Positions 1-7,756 of a stretch of 64,000 nt of DNA are shown piece by piece. Origin of the DNA: Oligoflexales bacterium (lineage in GTDB: Bacteria; Bdellovibrionota_B; Oligoflexia; Oligoflexales; JAPPIL01); NCBI GenBank assembly GCA_965215515.1, contig OZ244057.1, positions 672,001 through 736,000 of the forward strand. Reading direction: 5' to 3'. Every line of letters begins with the position of its first letter. Position 1 is the stretch's first letter. The notes beneath the pieces were generated by a model that saw only the letters and a list, made by a program, of their open reading frames with translations, did not search any database and was not told where the DNA came from. The position numbers and the translations under genes are program-made.

Positions 1-114
1 GCGTGCGTCGAAGGCAGCCTCCGCCTCCCGTATCTTTGCCGTCAAGTCGATAGCTTGTGCATCGTTGCCCAGCAAGGTGTACAGTACGGCGAAAGCAAAA
101 AAGTGCTTCAGCAT
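1..114 (-). CDS. Partial secreted protein, probably BatE-like TPR protein (runs off window edge)
   Basis: Manual translation from ATG at 114: MLKHFFAFAVLYTLLGNDAQAIDLTAKIREAEAAFDAR (signal peptide). Overlaps the batD stop, the usual position of batE. Confidence 0.5.
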   Translation of the reverse strand, partial: MLKHFFAFAVLYTLLGNDAQAIDLTAKIREAEAAFDAR

Positions 115-1841
115 CTCCTCTCCACTTCTCCTGCGAGGTTATCGGTTTCGGCAACGAGGTCAGCGAACTTAACACCATGCGTCGCGGCGGCGGCAAACAG
201 CACTTTTTCCAGCTCCTGCAAATGACCTCCCACCCGCCGACAAAGGTTTTCCTCCAGCTGCTTCTCCTGCAACCGCCGTTGAATTTCACGTGGCGTAGCT
301 GACAAGCCCTGCATCCCTAGTTTAGCACCGAGAAAAGCGCGGAAATTCTGCGCCAGCTGTGCCGCGGAACCTTGCTCCGCTGCCGCGAGTGTCAGCTGTG
401 CCCTCCTGAAAGTACGCCAAGCCTGTGCCTGTCGTGATGCAGCACGGGGGCGCAACCACTGCAGGTACAGGCATAACACGGCAAAGATGAATAACAACGA
501 CAAGGCAATGCCGAGCAAACGCAGCTGCAAGGTACGGGGGAAGGCGTGGTTGACCAGTAACGCCTTGCCACGGTGAATGGTGATGAGGTCTGCACCGAGC
601 ACGGCCACAGCACTCTTGCGAGCGGTCTCCTCCTGTGCCGCGGCAACTACCTGCAGTTCATCTTGGGGTGACGCGATGACAGTCAACTCGCCGAGCTCGA
701 TCGCCTGCTGCCGAAACTCCCCCCGTGTAGGGTCAAACCAGGCGAGTTGCAACGTGCCTAAAGCCAAATCGCCGCGGCGCAACGGCTGCAAGGCGAATTT
801 CAGCGTTGCCTGCGAATAAAGTCCTTTACTCCTGTCTCCCCGCACCGTAGCGGTGGGTTTGTCGGGGTAAACCTTGCAATCTTTGAATTTAAGTGCGAGT
901 GGCTTGATGCCGCGCAAATTTCCATAGCCCTCGACAGACAGGGTAAGTGTGGCTGACTCTGCACGGTTCAGCTGTTTTTTGTTGAGGGCAGCACGCACGC
1001 GGAAATCCCCGACTACGGCGAGGTTAAGGGCATCGGCGGGGGGTGGGGGTAAGGGTTTGACCTCGAGCACGGCAGCGGGAGAACTGACACGCTTGCGCAC
1101 TTGGCGAGTGTTCAAGGAGAAAAAATCGTCGAAAAACCCAGGTCGAGTGCGGCGTTGGTCGGCGGCGGCGATCACCGTGTTCAACACGTACCGCGGCACT
1201 GTTAACCGCGCCCCTGCCTTCAGCGGAATCAACACCCGTTTGACCTCGATAACACGGTAGGCAGTGCCATCTACTACTTGGCGATAGTTGCGTTCCTTGC
1301 CGAGCTTGAAAGCATCGAAGGCGAGCAACGCGACTTCTTCCTGTGCAGCATCGAGTAGCTTGACGCGATAGAAAATTTTGATAGTCTCCACTATCTGCTC
1401 GCCGACGTACGCCTCTTGCGGTTCGAAGGTGCGGGTGATGAACATCTCTCGCTGCTCGTGCATGCCTGTGGGCGGTGTGTGTGCTGCCCCCACGAATAGG
1501 GTTAGTGGGACGGTACGTGCCACTTCGCCATCCACTTCCAGCGCTAGTGAAGGTATTGTGTAGGTGTCTTCCCGCGTCGGGGTGAGTATATAGCGATAGC
1601 GCACCTCTCGTGCTACCACCCCGTTCACCCACGAGGTGCTGTGGGAAGTGCCTGCGGCACTTATCCTCAGCCCTGCTAGCGGTGGCAGCTGCGGCTCACT
1701 GTCGGCTTTGCCGTTGACGGTCAGCGTCAACACGAACTGGTCGTCGATCGTGCCTCTGTTCTTGTCCAGCTCGGCGGTCAACGACCCCGCCCACAGCGGT
1801 AGTGTCGTGCACCACAGCACGGTGCTGGCGAAAAATTTCAT
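108..1841 (-). CDS. batD: BatD family protein
   Basis: Signal peptide MKFFAST..., BatD-type repeats (STSWVNG, YVGEQ, AVVGDF, EGYGNL, YPDKP, AWFDP) and a C-terminal TM helix. Start placed at ATG 1841 within ORF 108..1877. Confidence 0.85.
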   Translation of the reverse strand: MKFFASTVLWCTTLPLWAGSLTAELDKNRGTIDDQFVLTLTVNGKADSEPQLPPLAGLRISAAGTSHSTSWVNGVVAREVRYRYILTPTREDTYTIPSLALEVDGEVARTVPLTLFVGAAHTPPTGMHEQREMFITRTFEPQEAYVGEQIVETIKIFYRVKLLDAAQEEVALLAFDAFKLGKERNYRQVVDGTAYRVIEVKRVLIPLKAGARLTVPRYVLNTVIAAADQRRTRPGFFDDFFSLNTRQVRKRVSSPAAVLEVKPLPPPPADALNLAVVGDFRVRAALNKKQLNRAESATLTLSVEGYGNLRGIKPLALKFKDCKVYPDKPTATVRGDRSKGLYSQATLKFALQPLRRGDLALGTLQLAWFDPTRGEFRQQAIELGELTVIASPQDELQVVAAAQEETARKSAVAVLGADLITIHRGKALLVNHAFPRTLQLRLLGIALSLLFIFAVLCLYLQWLRPRAASRQAQAWRTFRRAQLTLAAAEQGSAAQLAQNFRAFLGAKLGMQGLSATPREIQRRLQEKQLEENLCRRVGGHLQELEKVLFAAAATHGVKFADLVAETDNLAGEVERRC

Positions 1842-2127
1842 TCCTGATGCCCCGCATTCAGCGACGACGCGCCTCACACTTCGATCACATCTCCAATGTG
1901 ACGCATTATGCGGCTCTGTTCAAATGTTTTTTCCGCCCCAGCTAGCGCAAGCATGACGTTGCATGAGCGGCAAAAAACCCGCGTCGGGGTTCACCGTTAC
2001 ATTGTATCACGAAGTGTGTTACGCGGTACACGCAGGCTTGCTTTGTCCGCAAAAACTGACGCAGTTGAGGCTTGCCAGTCGGCGTGTTTCTGTGATACGG
2101 GCGGCTGGTGTCGGACGAAAAAGGGAG

Positions 2128-2607
2128 ATGAGAGCAATGGTTGCAGAAGGTGGGATAACTCCCGCGGTGGTGTTGCCCTGTGATACAGGTGAGGTGTTCG
2201 ACCTCGCCCAGTATCGCAACGAGCGCAACGTGGTGTTGTATTTCTACCCGAAGGACAACACGCCTGGCTGCACCAAGGAGTCGGTCAATTTTCAGGCTGA
2301 GCTCACAAAAATTCATGCCCTTGACAGTGAAGTGGTGGGAGTGAGTCCCGACAGCGTCGCGTCGCACCAGCGTTTCAAGCAAAAATTTGCTTTTGAGTTC
2401 CCCCTGCTCGCTGATATCGATAGGAAAGTTTGCCAGAGCTTCGGGGTTTGGGTGCAGAAGAGCATGTTCGGGAAAAAATACTACGGTGTGCAACGTGCCA
2501 CATTCATCATCGGTAAAGACGGCATCATCAAAAAAGTCTGGCCCAAAGTTAGCGTCAACGGACACGTGGAGGAGGTGATCGCGGCATTGCAACAGCTGTG
2601 TGCTTAG
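2128..2607 (+). CDS. bcp: Peroxiredoxin, BCP/PrxQ family
   Basis: VVLYFYPKDNTPGCTKE motif and RATFIIGKDG; GGGAG immediately upstream of the ATG. Confidence 0.95.
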   Translation: MRAMVAEGGITPAVVLPCDTGEVFDLAQYRNERNVVLYFYPKDNTPGCTKESVNFQAELTKIHALDSEVVGVSPDSVASHQRFKQKFAFEFPLLADIDRKVCQSFGVWVQKSMFGKKYYGVQRATFIIGKDGIIKKVWPKVSVNGHVEEVIAALQQLCA

Positions 2608-2698
2608 TCCCGCTAGAGACGTGCCAAGCTGCTATCACAGTGTCGCTGATCCACAGGCGGATATCGCCTCTGCTGAACTGACTCAAGGAGAGGATAAA

Positions 2699-3253
2699 AT
2701 GCGTTATCTTTACACGATACTGATGTTGGCGGCAGCTGTTGCCCAGGGCAAGGATTGTGCCCTAGAAATCGCGGGCAACGACATGATGAAGTTTGACCAG
2801 ACAGAGTTGCGGGTAGACAGTTCCTGCACACGGGTTAAGTTGACCCTGCAGCACAGCGGACAGTTGCCGAAGGCGGCGATGGGGCACAATTGGGTATTGA
2901 CGAAGGCCGCGGACAAGGCAGCTACCGTTGCCGCGGGGGTGACGGCGGGGCCGCAACACGGCTACCTGCAGAAAGATGACCCGCGTATCATCGCCGCGAC
3001 CGACATGATCGGCGGCAAAGAACAAACTAGCGTCACTTTCCCTACCAGCAAGCTTAAAGTCGGCGAAAAATACGTATTTTTTTGCACTTTCCCAGGGCAT
3101 GTGGGTTTGATGACAGGAGACTTTATTTTCGCTGCACCAGACGAAGGCACGGCAAAGACCGCGGGGACAACACAGAAGGCAATGCAGCCAGCGAACAAGG
3201 CAAAAGCAGCGACAACAGCAACACCAAGTTCTGCTACTTCTGTCCAGAAGTAG
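2699..3253 (+). CDS. azu: Azurin (type-1 blue copper protein) with Ala/Thr/Lys-rich C-terminal tail
   Basis: Signal peptide, disulfide cysteines (DCALEI...SSCT), MGHNWV and FFCTFPGHVGLM copper ligands; RBS GGAG/AGGA. Confidence 0.93.
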   Translation: MRYLYTILMLAAAVAQGKDCALEIAGNDMMKFDQTELRVDSSCTRVKLTLQHSGQLPKAAMGHNWVLTKAADKAATVAAGVTAGPQHGYLQKDDPRIIAATDMIGGKEQTSVTFPTSKLKVGEKYVFFCTFPGHVGLMTGDFIFAAPDEGTAKTAGTTQKAMQPANKAKAATTATPSSATSVQK

Positions 3254-3359
3254 TGCGCCTAAAGCTATTTAGAGCTGCGCCACAAACATCTTCACTAAAG
3301 ATTTCCCGCGTTAGTACCGAATGGGGGGCAGATGTGCCGTTGCAAACCGAGGAGACTGC

Positions 3360-3587
3360 ATGTTTGATCCCAACAGATTCAAGAAAGCCGTCAAGGAATG
3401 GGTCAAAACGCACTCTAACGGCAGCGTCCGAGAGTTCGTCGATTTCTGCGAAGAACAAATACCCGCCCCGCACTTTGCCGCTAACCAATGGCTCATAGCA
3501 CAGAGCATCAGCTGGTACGAACACATCCTCGCCCAGCGCAAAGCTGCCCGTGAAGCCGACCGCCTGTACGAGTCAGGGGTTGAATGA
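3360..3587 (+). CDS. Small hypothetical protein (75 aa)
   Basis: GAGGAG RBS before ATG; protein-like helical sequence MFDPNRFKKAVKEWVK...WYEHIL. Confidence 0.7.
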   Translation: MFDPNRFKKAVKEWVKTHSNGSVREFVDFCEEQIPAPHFAANQWLIAQSISWYEHILAQRKAAREADRLYESGVE

Positions 3588-3612
3588 AAGCGACATGCTT
3601 GCAGAGAGCTGC

Positions 3613-4382
3613 TTAGCGGGGCGGAAATGTCCCCTCGCGCGGCGATAGCCCGCTATCCCTTGTAACAAACGGCACATCATCATCAAGGTATGCGTGATCG
3701 AACTTCAGATCGAAAACCCTGCTGAGCTTGCCATCAAACAGGGCTGACTTCTCTACCATGAACTTGAGACGGAAATGATCGTGCATTGGCATGCTTTTCA
3801 GTACAACTTCGTATCGCCCCGTTGCACTGCTCTGCGATGCAGCTTCCTGAAAGTTTCCTTGGCATCGTGAACTCCCACAGTGTAATCCTCGGCAGGCAGG
3901 TCGACCAGCAACTTCGGGTAGGAAGTACGCCTTATCTTGCATCCTCCTCTTCTTGGGACTGATTTGATACAGGTTTCATTGAAATTAATCACGCGTGTTG
4001 CCGTAAACACCAGCTGCAAACCGAGACGACTAGCCCCGTACTGACTGACTTGCACCTTCACGCTGGCGAACTCCCCCTCGCTTGTGGAAGCGTAGTACAC
4101 GACACCACTGTGGTAGGTGTACGCACTATCATCGCTATCCAGTGTTTGCCCGTTACTGCCCGCACCGCCGTTCTCGTTCCCCAGCTGTGCCTGTGTGCTC
4201 GTATTCGTATTAGACGGTGGCGGCATCCCAGGCGCAGCTGTCTGATCAGATGCTGCACCACCACCGAGCTCTATCTGCTCTTCATCACCGACGTTATCCG
4301 CGTGCGGTAGCTCGAGCTCTGGTGCCTGGCAAGCAAGTACGAGCCGCACAGCTAAAACGACACAACAAAAGAGCAACCGCAT
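3613..4382 (-). pseudogene. Putative lipoprotein split by a frameshift (ORFs 3798..4382 and 3613..3942)
   Basis: Lipobox-like VLAC and a low-complexity linker. Two overlapping same-strand ORFs whose protein-like sequence switches frame near 3850-3870. Confidence 0.5.
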
Positions 4383-4435
4383 CCTAAGCCCCCATCACAA
4401 CCCGCGCCCCCTATCGGCCAGTCTGCGGCAAACCT

Positions 4436-5185
4436 TTAGCTATGACGCGACACTAAATCCGCCGCACTATCGATAGCCTTGCTGTCGCGGCTGGCACGAC
4501 ACAGATAGATGGGGATACCGAGTTCAAGAGCGCGCAATTGCTCCAATTTTTCTTGTTTTTCCAACGCTGAGGGCGGGGCGGTGCAGAAACGGGTGAGCGC
4601 AGCACGACTGTAGGCATAGACCCCGATGTGCTTCCAGAACACGGCTGGGACAGCGCCTTGCTCTGCATACGGCAGCGGACGGCGGGAAAAATACAAGGCA
4701 CGATCGTGTCTGCCAGCGACCACCTTGACGACATTCGTGTCGTAGTAAGCACGTGCCGTACGGCTAGCAAAAACCAGCGTCGCTATCACCTCCGTCGCCG
4801 TGCAGGCAGCCAACTGCCGACACAAAGCCAACACATCAGCACGAGCTACCGTAGGCTCATCGCCCTGCACATTCAAGACATAACGACACGCACTGGTCGC
4901 AGCAACCTCATGACAACGCTCAGTGCCGCACACATGCGCGGCGGCGGTCATCTGCACAGGCACATAATTTTTTTTGCACAACGTAAAAATTTCCTCTGCG
5001 TCGGTGGCAACGACAATTTTTGCTCCTTGTGCAGCGAGCGGGGCAACGTTGGCATAGGTAGACAAGATAAGAGGACGGCTGTGCAGTAATTGCAGTGCCT
5101 TGCGAGGCAGACGTTGCGACGCAAGACGGGCAGGAATGACGATGAGCCAGTTTTTGAGGCAGTCGCGACTATTCTTTGTTGACAT
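4436..5185 (-). CDS. kdsB: 3-deoxy-manno-octulosonate cytidylyltransferase
   Basis: IPARLASQRLPRK, GTERC, NVQGDEP, ALYFSR, HIGVYAY, EKLEQLRAL motifs. Confidence 0.95.
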   Translation of the reverse strand: MSTKNSRDCLKNWLIVIPARLASQRLPRKALQLLHSRPLILSTYANVAPLAAQGAKIVVATDAEEIFTLCKKNYVPVQMTAAAHVCGTERCHEVAATSACRYVLNVQGDEPTVARADVLALCRQLAACTATEVIATLVFASRTARAYYDTNVVKVVAGRHDRALYFSRRPLPYAEQGAVPAVFWKHIGVYAYSRAALTRFCTAPPSALEKQEKLEQLRALELGIPIYLCRASRDSKAIDSAADLVSRHS

Positions 5186-5200
5186 CTGCTATAATGGGAG

Positions 5201-6355
5201 ATGATGGCGAAGTTCCCGCGCGGAGGGATTATGGCGCGTCCTGTCGAGGATGACAACGTTTTTTTCTTCGACACTTTTCTGCTGTTGTGCGAGCAGGCGC
5301 TGCGGTTCAATTTTTTTGTTACCGACAGTATGGCGGCCGCGTTTTCCTGTGTGCATCGCACCACAGAGGAGTTCTACAGTGATCTCAAGGGTATGGAGGA
5401 CAGCGAGGAACGCCTACCGCACTTTATCCAGCAATGCTGGCAAGGGTTGCAGCGGTCACCGCGTTCGCTCAGGAGCGAGAGCAAAGACCGACTCACCGTC
5501 GCGCTAGCAAAGTGCTCGCCAGAGGAGCGCGGTTACCTAGCCGCACTAGACTGCCTCGGCCTGTCGCCCGAAGAGACCTGCACCGTCTTCGCGCTGGACA
5601 ACGTCGTCGCACTCACCGACAAAGTCAATACGGTGCGACAACGCCTGGCAAAGGACGGCAACTACGCTGAGGTCAAGCCGCGCATACAGAGTATTTTTCG
5701 CACCGCGTCGTTGCGCGCAGAGCAGCGAGGTAAGTTGTGCGAGCTTATCTTACCTGGTTTCGATGCACAGGCCGCACAGGATAAAACTACCCGTGATGCC
5801 GAGTCTGTCTTGCACAAAGAACGGCGACGCAATTATTTGGCCGTCGGTATGTGTCTTATCATGCTCGGTGTTGCCGCACGTTACTGGCAACAAAGAACCG
5901 AAGGTGAACCGAAGGTTATCGAGTGGCTAGGTTACGAGACCCTGGCAATCGAGGAAGATCCACAACGGCTGGGCTTTCCCTCCGACGATGTCTCCGAAAT
6001 CCGCGCTTACTTCGACAATCAGCGTGGCTTGGGCTTCAAACCCCAGCTACTGCACATGCCTGTGCGGTGGCAACCGCGGGCCGCGGGTATCATCGACTAC
6101 GATGCGCGGCTGGTAACGGTAGTCAAATACGAGAGCAGCAAAGGCGATGATGTCGTGCTGCACTACGCTTTTCGCGGGAAAACTAACAACCTCGCCGCAC
6201 CGGAGAACAGTACGGGCGATTTCACCTTTCGCTCCTACGCTTCGGATGATCTCAACATGATCGCTTGGTCACAGGGGCGGGCAATCGGAGTGTTGGTGGG
6301 GCGCTTAGGAACAGATGATCTCGTCGCGCTGGGGCGCAGCCCTAGTCCTGAATAA
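5201..6355 (+). CDS. Putative ECF sigma factor-like domain fused to a transmembrane anti-sigma-like domain
   Basis: Region-4-like LAKCSPEERGYLAALDCLGLSPEETCTVF...VNTVRQRL, then one TM helix (YLAVGMCLIMLGVAARYW) and a C-terminal extracytoplasmic domain. Confidence 0.55.
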   Translation: MMAKFPRGGIMARPVEDDNVFFFDTFLLLCEQALRFNFFVTDSMAAAFSCVHRTTEEFYSDLKGMEDSEERLPHFIQQCWQGLQRSPRSLRSESKDRLTVALAKCSPEERGYLAALDCLGLSPEETCTVFALDNVVALTDKVNTVRQRLAKDGNYAEVKPRIQSIFRTASLRAEQRGKLCELILPGFDAQAAQDKTTRDAESVLHKERRRNYLAVGMCLIMLGVAARYWQQRTEGEPKVIEWLGYETLAIEEDPQRLGFPSDDVSEIRAYFDNQRGLGFKPQLLHMPVRWQPRAAGIIDYDARLVTVVKYESSKGDDVVLHYAFRGKTNNLAAPENSTGDFTFRSYASDDLNMIAWSQGRAIGVLVGRLGTDDLVALGRSPSPE

Positions 6356-6377
6356 ATAATATCACGGAGAACTGACC

Positions 6378-6776
6378 ATGCTTCATCACGCTCCCACCCT
6401 GCTGCTCACCTCGGCAGTGCTCACTATCCTGGCGTTAAGTGAACGAGGAGTAGCAGAGGATGTCATTCACATCGAAGAGGGCTGCTATAAGATCGGCAGC
6501 CACCGCACCTGTCCTCCCGAAATCAGTGGCTATGTACCCGTAGTAAGAGGGCCTGGAGATGTCCTTCTCATAGACCCCTTCGGTAACATCAGGGAGCCGT
6601 ATCAGTATGGGTGCACCCAGCAACAACAACAGCAGGGCAAATGTCCTCACCAGGGTCCCGTGCAGGATTTATACCACCCTAAATCGCACCCACAACAGAA
6701 TGCGGGGCAGAATCTTCCTAACGCTCCCAACAACCAAGCGACGCAGGGAGGAGGGGATCTTATTGTCCCCCCCTGA
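6378..6776 (+). CDS. Hypothetical secreted protein, Gln/Pro-rich
   Basis: GGAG RBS, hydrophobic N-terminus, four Cys, poly-Q run. Confidence 0.6.
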   Translation: MLHHAPTLLLTSAVLTILALSERGVAEDVIHIEEGCYKIGSHRTCPPEISGYVPVVRGPGDVLLIDPFGNIREPYQYGCTQQQQQQGKCPHQGPVQDLYHPKSHPQQNAGQNLPNAPNNQATQGGGDLIVPP

Positions 6777-7752
6777 GGGCACAGAGTCGATATAGGAGGC
6801 GTGCTGCGACGTTTTCGTCCCAGCGGTTAGGTGCTGGCACAACCTCACACAGGTCAGCGCCGATGATCTGCTTGCCCGCCAGGTGCAGTTTCTCGCACAA
6901 CAGCAGAACATCGTTGTAACACAAACCACCTGGCACAGGTGTGCCCGTGTGCGGGCATAGCGAAGGATCGAGTGCGTCGATGTCAAACGAGATATACACC
7001 TGCGTGGGTAAACGCGCTACGATCTCGTCCACTACGTTGATAAAGCTACGTCGGTAAATGTCATGGTCGAAGAATACCGCAGCTCGTGCTCGCAAGCCGA
7101 GCATAAACTCATATTCCGCCGCACAGAAGTCACGGATACCGACATGCACGATTTTGTGCACCGCGTCGATCTGTGTCATCGTCTGGTACATGATCGAAGC
7201 ATGACTGAAGTCTAAACCCTGATAGGCGCAGCGATAATCGAAGTGTGCGTCGAGATGCAAAATGCCAAACTCGGCATAGCGTGTGCTGAGTTGTTGCAAA
7301 AACCCGAACGGCACACTGTGATCGCCACCCAGCAGCAGCACCAGTTTGCCCTCAGCCGCCAGCTTGGCTGTTTCTTGCTGCACAGCTGTATTCAAGGTGG
7401 CACTCAGGGCGTTGCTGCGTGCTATCCTTTGTGCCGCAGTCAGTGTCTCCTGCTCGGCAAGCAGTGCTCGTTGGTGAGCGATAACGGGATGGGCGAGTTC
7501 TCGCATGCACATTCCCCGTCGATAGGCTTGGTAGGGGAAACCGACTGCGCAGAGGTCTATCTCATGGCTTGCGGCCAAGACTGCTTGTGGGGCAGCGGCT
7601 GTGCCTCGTCCGTACGACGCGCTGAGTTCCCACGGTACTGCCAGCACCACTACCGCACAGTCGTCGTACGGGACATCGAAACCGAACAAACCGCGCTCGG
7701 AGGGCACGGCTTCGCCTCGTTCGGTACGGGTGAATTGTTCTGCGGCTAGCAT
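6760..7752 (-). CDS. speB: Agmatinase / ureohydrolase family
   Basis: GGDHSV, HLDAHFD, SFDIDALDP, TGTPVPGGL, DLCEV motifs. Confidence 0.9.
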   Translation of the reverse strand: MLAAEQFTRTERGEAVPSERGLFGFDVPYDDCAVVVLAVPWELSASYGRGTAAAPQAVLAASHEIDLCAVGFPYQAYRRGMCMRELAHPVIAHQRALLAEQETLTAAQRIARSNALSATLNTAVQQETAKLAAEGKLVLLLGGDHSVPFGFLQQLSTRYAEFGILHLDAHFDYRCAYQGLDFSHASIMYQTMTQIDAVHKIVHVGIRDFCAAEYEFMLGLRARAAVFFDHDIYRRSFINVVDEIVARLPTQVYISFDIDALDPSLCPHTGTPVPGGLCYNDVLLLCEKLHLAGKQIIGADLCEVVPAPNRWDENVAARLLYRLCALRGGQ

Positions 7753-7756
7753 CGAG

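Noticed and set aside
1942..2592. Long antisense ORFs, e.g. 1942..2592, 54374..55141, 61643..62479, 62965..63618
   Set aside because: Shadow frames of well-supported genes on the opposite strand.
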